A stretch of DNA of 64,000 nucleotides, taken from NCBI GenBank assembly GCA_963701965.1, contig OY969695.1, positions 2,912,001 through 2,976,000 on the forward strand, in the 5' to 3' direction. Made by a program: the position numbers and the translations under genes. The stretch is from an uncultured Gemmatimonadales bacterium (lineage in GTDB: Bacteria > Gemmatimonadota > Gemmatimonadetes > Gemmatimonadales > Gemmatimonadaceae). This document shows, in pieces, positions 38,656 through 48,772 of the stretch; position 1 is the first letter of the stretch, and the number at the start of each line of letters is the position of its first letter. Under the pieces are notes generated by a model that saw only the letters and a list, made by a program, of their open reading frames with translations, did not search any database and had not been told where the DNA came from.

Positions 38656-39087
38656 GTCCAGACCGCTGAGGCTCGGGTGACCCTAGCACGGCTTCGACGA
38701 CGCGCGTCGTCCGGCAAACCCGCCGGGCAGAGAACCGAGATTCGCCAGGGCTAGCGCTCGACGACCGCGTGTGGCGTCGTTCGGATCGCCGCCGGAAGAA
38801 CAGAGTGCGGGCAACGACGTACGCGACGAGCAAAGCAAAAGGGACTGCCGCACCCTGCGATGCGGGGAGGATCGTGCAGAACTCTAGCAGCAATGCGCAA
38901 GACTTAATTGACGGAATCGGTCGAGCGTTGGGCACGCCTCCTCAACCCCTACCTGCTCACGGTGCGCCGCCATCTCCGCCCCGCTGCCGTTTGCCGTAGG
39001 ATTACCGTAGTTAAATTCGAGAAGAAATGTCCCGCACTTACCGTCATCGCGCCGCAGCGAACTATCCCTGTTCGGGCGGCGTGGTGA

Positions 39088-39756
39088 TTGAGTGTGTGCG
39101 CCGGCTACCAACTTCCCGACATGCTGCGTTGCGATCTTGGGCATGTCGACAGGACGATAATGGTACAGCCTTCGAGATACCACATCATTGCCAGAGTGCA
39201 TGGGCCGACGGGCGAGCACGACCTCCGGTCGACGTGCGCTGTATTGTTGGACATCCTCCCCCGAGGGGGGACGATACATCGTGCCACCTCGCTGTCCAAC
39301 AATGTGTTCATTCTGCAGGAAGCATCCCGTGCCACTCTAATCCTGTGTCAGCTAGCGCTCGATACCGGTTTCGCACTGCGCTTCGACCTTTCCCCGGATA
39401 CCGACGTGCTGGGTGAGTGGCCAGCGGTGGTGCATACAGCGCCGGAGCTGGAGCAGGTCATCTGGCGGCTGGTCAAGTGTGCGAGACACGAGTTGCTCTA
39501 CCCGTTGTCGATCTGGGGAATTGCCTTGGACCGCGAACTGACGACCAATCGGGCGATCGAAGCATTTCAGAGTCTTCGCATGGATGAAGGACTGTTTGAC
39601 AATGTGCTCGCGCGACAGGGCTTTCGAATCGCAGTGCTCCAATCATCCATCACCATTTCGGTTCACTGCGCGGATCTCGATCGCTCGATCGCATGGGCTC
39701 GACGGGCTCTCCAAGAACCGGGGCCATTCGTTAGTTGGCCGGTCGACACGAGTTAG
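39088..39756 (+). CDS. Hypothetical protein
   Basis: 222-aa ORF with protein-like composition in a lower-GC stretch; start uncertain. Confidence 0.5.
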   Translation: MSVCAGYQLPDMLRCDLGHVDRTIMVQPSRYHIIARVHGPTGEHDLRSTCAVLLDILPRGGTIHRATSLSNNVFILQEASRATLILCQLALDTGFALRFDLSPDTDVLGEWPAVVHTAPELEQVIWRLVKCARHELLYPLSIWGIALDRELTTNRAIEAFQSLRMDEGLFDNVLARQGFRIAVLQSSITISVHCADLDRSIAWARRALQEPGPFVSWPVDTS

Positions 39757-39874
39757 TGCAGGTGGCGACGGCAGCATGCGCCGCGGAGTGGGTAGTACCT
39801 GGCGTTGTTGATGCTGGGGATCTAATCGGGAGAGCTGACAGTGCCGGAGCCTGATGTAGCCGACGGGGCGCGAG

Positions 39875-40679
39875 CTACGCTGCGGAGCCCTCGCGAGACG
39901 CGGCCAGCGCGCCGGTGGCCGCCAGCGTCGGCCGAAGGAATTGCCGTACCCCGACGCGCTCGCGCACGAGCAGTCCGCGTGTGACCAGTCGGTCGGCGGC
40001 GCCGTGAGCGGCGGCGTAGGACACGCCGGTCGTTCGGCCCAAATCGCTGGCGGTCAGAGGCGCTTCGAGCGCTTTGATGATCGAGATCGGCCTCGAGCGA
40101 AGGGCCAACAATGGCGCGAACGCGGAGTTCCGGGACATGACGCAGGAGCCAGTCGGCGGGGCGGATCGCGCTCGGCTTGAGCGCGGTGTCGTCGTGCCAG
40201 AATCCCCACTGCCGATAGAGTGGCGCGGCGTGCTCACGGACTGATGAGCGCAACGTGGGGAATTGTTCAATGACGGCGAACAAGGGCCGCGGCGTTTTGA
40301 TGGGGCGGCAGCGCTCGATCGCGCCGGCGAGCTCCGGCGCGGACAGGGCAGTCTGTGTGGTCGCGAGCGTGAGCATCGCGCCCATCGCCGCCGACGCAAT
40401 GGGATCCGTCTTCGCGAGCGCCGTCGCCAGCGCGACCAGGCGCCGGCCGTTGACCCAGCCATGGTACGCCGCCAACCAGGACGCCGCGCCGACGAAGAGG
40501 CGCTCATCCGTCCGCGCCACCCGTGCGGTGCGGACGATGAGCGCTTCGACGTCGACGACATCCAGGGCGGATGCCACACTGAGCCACAGACCGATCCGCG
40601 CCCAATCTTGAGCGATACGCTCAAGGGGATCGGACCGCACCGCTGCGGTGATCGCCTTGTGTCGCGCAATGCCACTCAT
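39875..40679 (-). CDS. Partner of the nucleotidyltransferase, with C-terminal winged HTH; frameshift near 40082
   Basis: ATGA overlap with NTase stop; ...GPSLEADL shifting into IIKALEAPLTASDLGRTTGVSYAAAHGAADRLVTRG. Confidence 0.65.
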
Positions 40680-41206
40680 CGGCTTGCCCCCTCGGCCCAT
40701 ACATCGAGCAGCGCCTGCATCCGCTTGGCTTTCTCGACATCGATCTTCGCAAGGCGCGGCACCTCGTGCGCCGCAAAGCTGCGCTCGGCGGCTGTTGGCC
40801 CGATCTGCTGGAGGTCCGAGATGTCCTTGGGGCGCCCGGAGAAGAACTTCATGACAATGACATCCTTCCGGGATACGAGGGACACGGAGAGCCGACCGAA
40901 CGGTGGGAGTGTCGTGACACGCGAGGCGTAGTCGGGCGGGAGAACTTCGGCGTAGCTCTGCACGCTGCCGTTCAGCCAGCCGTCGGGCAACCCTCGGTCA
41001 TGCGCGACCGCTCGGATGGCGGCCTGTAGCCGGTCCAACCCCGGGCTCAATGTCAACACATCGCCGTCGTTGGTACCGCGATCAAGCGCGTGGCGCAGGA
41101 TAAGCGCGGCCGAGCCACCCAACAGCAACGTCGTCCGTCCCCGGCACTTCGCACCGAGCGCGGCGAGCGCATCAACAAGTTCCGTGCGGTTAAGCGCTTC
41201 GGGCAT
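40676..41206 (-). CDS. DUF6036/AbiEii-like nucleotidyltransferase
   Basis: LLLGGSAALIL...RGTNDGD (GG-S...DxD), WLN, MKFFSGRPKDISDL. Confidence 0.8.
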   Translation of the reverse strand: MPEALNRTELVDALAALGAKCRGRTTLLLGGSAALILRHALDRGTNDGDVLTLSPGLDRLQAAIRAVAHDRGLPDGWLNGSVQSYAEVLPPDYASRVTTLPPFGRLSVSLVSRKDVIVMKFFSGRPKDISDLQQIGPTAAERSFAAHEVPRLAKIDVEKAKRMQALLDVWAEGASR

Positions 41207-41293
41207 ATATAAAGATAATATGATAACATGCGGATACAACGATTCGTATGGCGGAACCCTAGCGCGGAACGGGCGCGTGGACGATCATCTCGA

Positions 41294-41737
41294 ATGCGCC
41301 GCAGGAGATCCGTGTCTGCCATCCTCTGGGCCGCCGCTCTGCTGCTCGCCTTCGCACCCGCCAAGCACACCGCGCCCCGCGATCACCAACCCATCGCGAC
41401 GCGGCGTGGGATCGAGCATGACAGCACCGCTGCGGTCGAAGCGGTGCTGCGCCCACTCGGCATTTCGCACGGTGAGATGCCCATGCGTGTCGTCACGTTC
41501 TATCAGGACGTGGACGGTGACCTGGTTCGCCTAGCCGTCACCACGCCAGGCACACGCGACGGCGTCGTACTGCTATGGTTCGACCGGGCAACGGACAGCG
41601 ACACGGTACTGCGATTGGACCGACGCCCTACTGGCCGTAGTAGCCCTCGATCCCCCAGCGCACGAGCCGGTCGATCACCGTCGCCCGCCACCAAGACGTC
41701 GACCCGAGCAGCTGCGGCGACGCCACCGAGTCCTTGA
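41294..41737 (+). CDS. Small exported protein; 3' end reads into repeat copy 2 and may be truncated
   Basis: MRRRRSVSAILWAAALLLAFAPA signal peptide; low-complexity tail after 41626. Confidence 0.45.
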   Translation: MRRRRSVSAILWAAALLLAFAPAKHTAPRDHQPIATRRGIEHDSTAAVEAVLRPLGISHGEMPMRVVTFYQDVDGDLVRLAVTTPGTRDGVVLLWFDRATDSDTVLRLDRRPTGRSSPRSPSARAGRSPSPATKTSTRAAAATPPSP

Positions 41738-41933
41738 GCACGATCAAAAGCCGCTCGGGCGGCAACCCGCCCATCCGCGCATGCGACGAAAGCCCCGCCA
41801 CCGCCGCCCGCATGGCGGGCGTATCGTACTCATCCCGCACCCGCGCCCGCACAAGGGCCGCCACCAACCGCCCCCGATCCGCAGTCAGCGTCGGGCTGTG
41901 TTCGTAATTGGCGGAGTACGCGATAGCAGAAAT
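41626..41933. repeat. ~308-bp direct repeat, copy 2
   Basis: Matches 37843-38150. Confidence 0.92.
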
Positions 41934-41960
41934 GAGGACACCTGTGAACGGTTGTGTCAC
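41628..41960 (-). CDS. 'GxPPER...W.IExYY' family protein, longer copy
   Basis: Same protein as 37845, ends YYGQ, open frame extends beyond the repeat. Confidence 0.62.
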   Translation of the reverse strand: MTQPFTGVLISAIAYSANYEHSPTLTADRGRLVAALVRARVRDEYDTPAMRAAVAGLSSHARMGGLPPERLLIVLKDSVASPQLLGSTSWWRATVIDRLVRWGIEGYYGQ

Positions 41961-42117
41961 AGGTATTCAAACGCCGTGCCACGAGGACGCCTTTCTCGCT
42001 GGCGTTAATGTAGAGCCCGGTAGCGCAACAGACCGGAAACACGAGACATAGCACGAGACTGGCATTACATGCGTAACAAAGCGGGCCCACCTCGGCCCCA
42101 ACCCCCTAGGGAGACCC

Positions 42118-42354
42118 GTGCACGCCCTCACCGCCTCGACGATCGCCACCGTCATCTGCGTCGCGCTCATCGTCCTGGTGATCCTGGGCGTCCTCCGCAC
42201 GCTGGTCCGCCCCCTCGTCGCTGTCGCCCTCATCGCCATAATCCTGATCCTGCTCGGCGTCCTCCGCGCCGACGAGGTCGGACACGCGGCCCGGCTCGCC
42301 GTCCATCACATCTACCGGTTCATCGAATCGCTGATCGGCGCCGCCAGCCGGTAA
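42118..42354 (+). CDS. Small membrane protein
   Basis: GGAG RBS, two long hydrophobic helices. Confidence 0.6.
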   Translation: MHALTASTIATVICVALIVLVILGVLRTLVRPLVAVALIAIILILLGVLRADEVGHAARLAVHHIYRFIESLIGAASR

Positions 42355-42864
42355 CGCTCGTTGAAGATCCGCAGATGATGTCGCTCATGCCCGGGGACGA
42401 TATAGGCCAACGCCCGTACACTCACGGGGACACCCATGGCCACGCCCGAGCGACTCCACGCCTCATGGTCGAAAGCTCTCGAACAGCGCGACCGTCGACC
42501 CCCGCACCAGCCAGTACGCCTCGGCCAGATCAGCGATAGGCTGCCGGTCGGCGCGCGCGACCGTCGCATACAGATCCTGATCCCACGCCGGCAACGGCGT
42601 CACATCCCCGCGCCCGATCCGGAGCGCCCGATACGCACTGATCCGCTCGGCATCGATCAGATGGCCGATGACGTCGCTCACGCTCCACTTGTCCGGCGCG
42701 TACCGGTAGTGACCCTGCTCCTCGGTCAACCCGGCAATCCACGCGTGCGTCGCCTCCCCCTGCGACCGCATCGCGTCCACAGGATGCTCGGGGACGTTGG
42801 CAATGTACTGGGCATGGAATGGCGCATATTCGCCAGGATCGAGCGGTGGAATGATCTTGTTCAT
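42312..42864 (-). CDS. DinB-family protein (extra base near 42472)
   Basis: EYAPFHAQYI, YRYAPDKWSV..VIGHLIDAERI..YRALRI.RGD.TPLP..DQD; C-terminus GHERHH in the adjacent frame. Confidence 0.85.
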
Positions 42865-42919
42865 GGACACGGACCAAGAATGCTCGAATGAGAGAACAGA
42901 TCGACTACCTTCGGATCCC

Positions 42920-44143
42920 ATGAAAAAGCTAGCGCTCGCGCTGTCCGCCCTGCTCGCCCCGGCGGTCCCGGCCCAGGTCGTCCCGCCCATCGATAGCGTC
43001 CCCATCGTCGCCCTTGCCGACACCGCCAACCCCGACCGCGGCCCCGCGCTGCTCGATAGTCTTCAACACGACACCGCCGCCCGCCGCGCGCTCTTCGACG
43101 CGTTGCGCGGACGGTACAAGCACAACGACTACATCTGGCGCGCCATCCCCGAGTCCAGCCTCGGCCCCGCGCTCCTCGCCATCGTGCACGACCCCGCCGC
43201 CTCCCCACACAATGCCTGGGACGCGCTGCAGTTTTATCACGTCTGGGAAGCACGCGGCGACCGCCAACGCATCCGCGCGCTCCGAGCACGAGCCACGCCC
43301 GACACCGCGCTCGCCAACGACATGGACATGGCCGACGACCAATGGCTCGGCCAACAACTCGGCAACGCGGTCCCGCGCTTTTTGCAAACCGTCAAACCGT
43401 TCACCGTCACGAAAAAGGACGCGATCCGCGTCCTCGTGTTCGGCGACTACGGCAATCTGCCGGCGCAAAAGGCCATCGCCGCCGACATGCGACGCTACCA
43501 TCGGGACCACCCGTTCGACCTGGGCGTCACCGTCGGCGACAACTTCTACAACCCCGACGGCATGTCGTCGCCCACCGGCCCACGGTGGCGCACGCTGTGG
43601 GAGAATGTCTACGGCCCGATGCACATTCCCATCTACGCGAGCCTCGGCAACCACGACTGGTACGTCGGCGATGCGCCGGCCGCCGAGATCCTGCACACGG
43701 GCAAAAGCCCGACCTGGAACATGCCGGGCGAGTTCTACCGGTTCCGCGCCGGACCCGTGGAGTTCTTCGCGGTGAATACCGGTATCGCCGAAGTCTCGCC
43801 CGTCCAGCTCCAATGGCTGGCCCACGCGCTCGCCACCAGCACCGCGCGCTGGAAAGTGGCGTACGGCCACTACCCGGTCGTGAACCCCGACGGCTCACCC
43901 GAGCCGCACATGGCCGAGCTGCTGGCCGTCCTCGAGCAGGGCCACGCCGACGCCTACCTGTGCGGCCACATCCACGATCTGTCCAAGATCCCCCCTCGCG
44001 GCAACCTGCATTTCCTGCTGTCGGGCGGCGGAGGCACCGAAGGCAAAGGGTTCGCCGTGCTCCGGGCCGATCAACACCGGATCACGATGACCCTGGTCGG
44101 CCAAGGCCTGACGGAACGAGGAACGGAGACCCTGACCAAGTGA
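42920..44143 (+). CDS. Secreted metallophosphoesterase (purple acid phosphatase-like) with N-terminal helical extension
   Basis: Signal MKKLALAL...; GDYG, GDNFY, GNHD, GHYP, GHIH motifs. Confidence 0.88.
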   Translation: MKKLALALSALLAPAVPAQVVPPIDSVPIVALADTANPDRGPALLDSLQHDTAARRALFDALRGRYKHNDYIWRAIPESSLGPALLAIVHDPAASPHNAWDALQFYHVWEARGDRQRIRALRARATPDTALANDMDMADDQWLGQQLGNAVPRFLQTVKPFTVTKKDAIRVLVFGDYGNLPAQKAIAADMRRYHRDHPFDLGVTVGDNFYNPDGMSSPTGPRWRTLWENVYGPMHIPIYASLGNHDWYVGDAPAAEILHTGKSPTWNMPGEFYRFRAGPVEFFAVNTGIAEVSPVQLQWLAHALATSTARWKVAYGHYPVVNPDGSPEPHMAELLAVLEQGHADAYLCGHIHDLSKIPPRGNLHFLLSGGGGTEGKGFAVLRADQHRITMTLVGQGLTERGTETLTK

Positions 44144-44153
44144 TTCGTAAGGC

Positions 44154-44996
44154 ATGCGTATCGGCTTGGTCCACCTCCGCGTCGCCGACCGGCAACGGTC
44201 CCTCGACTTCTACACGGGTCTCCTCGGGCTCCACGTCGCCGCCCACGAGGGCGACACGACCACCCTCTCGGCGACCGGCGGGACACCCCACCTCCTCGCG
44301 CTCACCGAGTATCCGGGCGCCCGCGCCCCGGAACGCACCACGGGTCTCTATCACGTCGCCATCCGCGTGAGCGACGCGCCCGCGCTCGGGCAACTCCTGG
44401 CGAGGCTCCTGGCCGCCGATTACCCGCTGCAAGGCGCCAGCGACCACCCGACCAACAAAGCGATTTACCTTGCCGATCCCGACGGAAACGGCATCGAGCT
44501 CACGATCGACAACCCGCGCGCCGAGTGGTTCGGGCCGGACGGGCATATCCGTCTGGAATCACCGCCGCTTGACGGACCAGCACTGTTGGCCGCGGCCGGC
44601 GGCGCGAAATTCCATATCCATTCGCACACGAACATTGGGCACGTGCACCTCCACGTGGCGGACTTACCGAGAGCCATCGCGTTCTATCGCAATGTCCTGG
44701 GGCTGACGGTGACGTCGGCCCTGCCGCGACTCCGCGCGGCGTTCCTCGCCTACGGCGACTACCACCACCACATCGGTCTCAATACGTGGAATGGCGTCGG
44801 CGCCCCGCGGCCGGCCGCCAACGCCGCCGGCCTGCTCGCGTACACGATCCTGCTACCGGATACAACCGACGTCGAGACCGTGTTGGCGAATGCCGCCCGC
44901 CACGGCGCGAGGATCGTGGGCACCTCTGGGGCGATCGTCGACCCCGATGGACACCACATTCTCGTCACCACCGCCGACGTCCCTCTAGCCGTGTAG
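44154..44996 (+). CDS. VOC-family protein (CatE-like dioxygenase/glyoxalase)
   Basis: IGLVHLRV, GLYHVAI, IYLADPDGNGIEL, IGHVHLHV, YHHHIGLNTW. Confidence 0.9.
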   Translation: MRIGLVHLRVADRQRSLDFYTGLLGLHVAAHEGDTTTLSATGGTPHLLALTEYPGARAPERTTGLYHVAIRVSDAPALGQLLARLLAADYPLQGASDHPTNKAIYLADPDGNGIELTIDNPRAEWFGPDGHIRLESPPLDGPALLAAAGGAKFHIHSHTNIGHVHLHVADLPRAIAFYRNVLGLTVTSALPRLRAAFLAYGDYHHHIGLNTWNGVGAPRPAANAAGLLAYTILLPDTTDVETVLANAARHGARIVGTSGAIVDPDGHHILVTTADVPLAV

Positions 44997-45064
44997 TGCG
45001 CTCTGGGGTACTGTAGAGGATTCCCGCATTTGGAGGGGTCCTGCTCCGTAAGCTGCGCGTAGGC

Positions 45065-46603
45065 GTGCTCGATCTCGTATCGACCGGCCCGGCCAAGGGC
45101 CTGTATTCGAAGTTGATGAACGCGAACCTTGCCAGCATCATGCCCCAAGTCGTCGGCGCATGGTGTGAAGAAGCGGGCCATGAGGTCCGCTTCGTGTGCT
45201 ATACGGGATACGAAGATCTCGCCCAAGAGCTGCCCGCCGACACCGACATCCTGTTCATCTCGGCATTCACGGAGAGCGCCCAGCTCTCCTACGCCATCAG
45301 CGCGATGTACCGGGACCGGGGCTGCGTGACCGCCCTGGGCGGCCCGCACGCGCGGTGCTACCCGGAAGACGCGGCCCAATACTTCGACTACGTCTTCGGG
45401 TTTACCGACAAGACGATGGTCATGGATGTCCTGGCCGACTGCGAGTCGCACCGCCCGATGGGCGTGATGCTGAACGCCGGCAAACAGCCCCGCCAACTCC
45501 CCAGCGTCCGCGAACGCTGGAAGTTCATCCAGGCGACCCTGGCCAAGGCGCCCACCATCAAGATCGTGCCCATGCTGGCCAGCCTGGGATGCCCCTACAC
45601 CTGCAGCTTTTGCATCGACTCGACGGTCGACTATCAACCGTTCGACCGGCACCAGCTGCGCGATGACCTCCGGTTCCTGCTCGACAACATGAAGCGCCCG
45701 CGCATCGGATGGCACGACCCGAACTTCGGCGTGCGCTTCGACGAGACGCTGGGCGCGATCGAGGAAGCCATCCCGCCCGGCCGGGCCGATTTCATCGCCG
45801 AGAGCAGCCTGTCGCTGCTCAACGAAGACCGCCTGCCGCGCCTCAAGAAAAACGGCTTCGCCGCGATCCTGCCGGGCATCGAGTCCTGGTTCTCGCTCGG
45901 CAACAAAACGAAAACCGGCAAGAACGTCGGCATGGACAAGGTCCGCCAGGTCTCGGACCACGTGAACATGGTCATGCGCTACATCCCGTACGTGCAGACC
46001 AACTTCGTCCTGGGACTGGATACCGACGAGGGCGAAGAGCCGTTCGAGTGCACCAAGCGGTTCATCGACATGACGCCGGCCGCGTTCCCGGGCTACTCGC
46101 TGCTCTCGGCGTTCGGCCGCGCCGCGCCGCTCAACCTCGAGCTCCAGCGCGCCGGACGCGTCCTACCGTTCCCGCACCACTTTTTGAATAACAACCTGGC
46201 GATGAACGTCAAACCCAAGAACTACTCTTGGGGCAAGTTCTACGACCACGTGATCGACCTGACGACGTACTCGTTCTCCAAGCGCGCCATCTGGCGGCGG
46301 TTCGCGGCCACCAAGGGCGCGATCCCGAAATGGATGAACGTCGTCCGGGCGATGTCCAGCGAAGGCTACGGGCGCATGGCGTACTACAAGCACGTCCGCG
46401 GACTCCTGGACTCGGACATGGGGGTCCGTCGCTACTTCGATTCCGAAACCGACGTCCTCCCGCCGTTCTACGAGGACCGGGTGCGCCGCGACCTGGGACC
46501 GTTCTGGCCGATGCTCCCCACGGGAGCGATCAACCACGACCCGAACGCGTACCTGCACGCCGAAGCGCCGGCCATCACGCGGTTGTCCGTGCGGGAAGCG
46601 TAA
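45065..46603 (+). CDS. B12-binding radical SAM protein
   Basis: ALGGPHA in B12-binding region, GCPYTCSFC (CxxxCxxC). Confidence 0.88.
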   Translation: MLDLVSTGPAKGLYSKLMNANLASIMPQVVGAWCEEAGHEVRFVCYTGYEDLAQELPADTDILFISAFTESAQLSYAISAMYRDRGCVTALGGPHARCYPEDAAQYFDYVFGFTDKTMVMDVLADCESHRPMGVMLNAGKQPRQLPSVRERWKFIQATLAKAPTIKIVPMLASLGCPYTCSFCIDSTVDYQPFDRHQLRDDLRFLLDNMKRPRIGWHDPNFGVRFDETLGAIEEAIPPGRADFIAESSLSLLNEDRLPRLKKNGFAAILPGIESWFSLGNKTKTGKNVGMDKVRQVSDHVNMVMRYIPYVQTNFVLGLDTDEGEEPFECTKRFIDMTPAAFPGYSLLSAFGRAAPLNLELQRAGRVLPFPHHFLNNNLAMNVKPKNYSWGKFYDHVIDLTTYSFSKRAIWRRFAATKGAIPKWMNVVRAMSSEGYGRMAYYKHVRGLLDSDMGVRRYFDSETDVLPPFYEDRVRRDLGPFWPMLPTGAINHDPNAYLHAEAPAITRLSVREA

Positions 46604-46607
46604 ACCA

Positions 46608-47204
46608 CTACTTGCTCGCCGCCTCGATACTCAGGGAGATGACGACGTTCGTTCCCGCGAACATCGTCCCGTAGGTCATCCCGTAATCGCGGCGGTCGAG
46701 CGTCGTCGTCGCTCGATAGGCGACGCGCGGCGCGCCCATCGCGTTGGCCCGGCCGTCGAAGTGCGCGCTGAGCGTCACCGGCTTGGTCACCCCGTGCAAC
46801 GTCAGCGTCCCCTCGATCGTGAACGTCGAGTCGGCACCCATCGGCGAGACTTTCGTGCTGGCGAACGTGATGGTCGGATACTTGGCGGCGTCGAAGAAAT
46901 GCTCCGACTTGAGGTCGGCATCGCGCTTGACGTTGTTCGTGCTGACGCCGCCCACGTCCAGCGTCGCCGAGATCGATGACGGCACGGTCTGACCGCCCGC
47001 GACCTGGGCCTGCACCGTGGTGATGGGAATCGTCCCCTTCACATGCGTAATCCCGAGGTGCACGACGTCGAACTCGGCGCTGGAATGCACCGGGTCCGCG
47101 GTCCAGGTGCTGTCCGGAGCGAAAGCCAGCGGGCGCACGGCATGCGACGGCGCAACCAACACGCTGAAGGGCAGGGCGAGGGCGGCGAAACGGAGCGCGA
47201 ACAT
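46608..47204 (-). CDS. YceI-family protein
   Basis: WTADPVHS, RDADLKSEHFFDAAKYPTITF, GTLTLHGVTKPV, LDRRDYGM. Confidence 0.93.
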   Translation of the reverse strand: MFALRFAALALPFSVLVAPSHAVRPLAFAPDSTWTADPVHSSAEFDVVHLGITHVKGTIPITTVQAQVAGGQTVPSSISATLDVGGVSTNNVKRDADLKSEHFFDAAKYPTITFASTKVSPMGADSTFTIEGTLTLHGVTKPVTLSAHFDGRANAMGAPRVAYRATTTLDRRDYGMTYGTMFAGTNVVISLSIEAASK

Positions 47205-47288
47205 GTCAGTTCTGGTGTGAAATGGGTGGGAAACAAGGGCGCACGAAGTCTCCCCCCGAAGGGGGCGGCGTCGTGAAGAAAACGTGAT

Positions 47289-47960
47289 CTATGAGTGGCG
47301 GTTGATGGCGTGTCGCGCCGAGGGCACGATGTCACCGATGCCGGCGGGCCGCGCGGCCTGGCGATACCAGGTGGCCAGCTCGCGCCAGGCCTCCGCCGTC
47401 TCCTGAATGGGCGTCGCGCTCCGCCAGGCGCACATGCCGCTGCCCCGTGTGGTCAGCGAGTCTCGACGATAGGCGATGCCGAACTGCACGAGCACCCACT
47501 CCTCGTACGAGGCCACCGCGGCCAATGCCTCGGCCAACGCGCCGCACGCCTCCCGCCACTCGGGGATGCCGGCGTTGGGCCGCACCTTCGTAGCCTGCAA
47601 CGGCACGCATGAGCTGGGATCGCTCATCACCCCATCGGTATGCCGCGGCTCGAACCCCAGGCGCCGCACGTAGACGCCCCCGCCCGACCGCTCACCGCTG
47701 ACCGTCGTGACGAACAGCCCGCTCTCGCACACGCGCATCGACCGGCCACTCTCCAGCGGCAACGCGTACGCGTTCGTACTCAGCGTGCCGCCGGACCCGG
47801 GACCGCACTCGCACGTGAACCCGTACGCGAGCAGGAGATTCCCCGACGGATGCTTCACATCGTGATTCCACAGCCCGAGTTGTTGATCGAATAGCCGCTC
47901 GGCACGCGTGCGAAGCGTGCGCGGCAGCTGGTACGGCAGAAGACCATGCGAGAAGGGCAC
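47289..47960 (-). CDS. Hypothetical protein
   Basis: GTG 8 bp after anti-sigma stop; LFDQQLGLWNHDVKHPSGNLLLAYGF, YEEWV...G..YR protein-like sequence. Confidence 0.55.
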   Translation of the reverse strand: MPFSHGLLPYQLPRTLRTRAERLFDQQLGLWNHDVKHPSGNLLLAYGFTCECGPGSGGTLSTNAYALPLESGRSMRVCESGLFVTTVSGERSGGGVYVRRLGFEPRHTDGVMSDPSSCVPLQATKVRPNAGIPEWREACGALAEALAAVASYEEWVLVQFGIAYRRDSLTTRGSGMCAWRSATPIQETAEAWRELATWYRQAARPAGIGDIVPSARHAINRHS

Positions 47961-47968
47961 GATCAGAT

Positions 47969-48772
47969 TTACCGCTGTGTGAGGATGATGTTCCTCGCGA
48001 ATTCGCGCAGATCGGACGCGTTGACGTCGGACACGGCCCAGCACTCCAGTCCGCCAGTCACCCAGTGTAGCACAGTGTAACCACGATGCAACTCTGATGC
48101 TATATCCGCACCCGTGGCGCCTTCCGCGGCCGGCCATTGATAAAGATTGATCAGATGTTGGCGCCGGCCATAAACGAGGGCCGCCGCGGGATGTCCGTCG
48201 ATATAGTCGACCCGGCCGCCGAGGAGCGGAAACCCCTGGGGCGCGAGATCCGTCACCGCCGGGCTGAAGTCGAGCTTGCCTTGGAACCACGGCTTGACCG
48301 TGTGTTGATCGGTCGAGGCGACGTCCATGAGATGCGTGGCCCCGCCGGCCAGCGAACGGATGTGGCTGTCGAGCACCTCGCGCACAATGGCCGACCCGGC
48401 CTCCGGCCGGGCCCGGCGGGTCAACGCTGACCACGTCGCGCCCAGTCCCAGCCCGATGAGCAGTGTCGCGGCCATCGCCATCGCCGGCCTCGTCGGCCGC
48501 CAGCTGTTCCGTCGCACGGCCCGCGCCGATCCACCGTCCGCCGCCTCTGCCCCCCTGAGGGCGGCCACCACTTGGCGTCGGAGCGCTTCCGGCGCCGGCG
48601 CAGCGTCGGCGCGAAGCGCCGCGCCGAGATGGACCCGCAGCCGCTCGAGATCCTCGAGATGGGCCGCACACGCCGCACAGCCCGCGAGATGGGCGGCAAT
48701 CTCCGCGGCCTCACCAGCCGGGAGCTCGCCATCGACATAGGCGCTCAAGCGAACGCTATCGACGTGGGTCAT
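47969..48772 (-). CDS. Zinc-finger anti-sigma factor
   Basis: LSAYVDGEL...HLAGCAAC, TM helix, SHIRSL...DVASTDQHTVKPWFQGKLDFSP. Confidence 0.9.
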   Translation of the reverse strand: MTHVDSVRLSAYVDGELPAGEAAEIAAHLAGCAACAAHLEDLERLRVHLGAALRADAAPAPEALRRQVVAALRGAEAADGGSARAVRRNSWRPTRPAMAMAATLLIGLGLGATWSALTRRARPEAGSAIVREVLDSHIRSLAGGATHLMDVASTDQHTVKPWFQGKLDFSPAVTDLAPQGFPLLGGRVDYIDGHPAAALVYGRRQHLINLYQWPAAEGATGADIASELHRGYTVLHWVTGGLECWAVSDVNASDLREFARNIILTQR

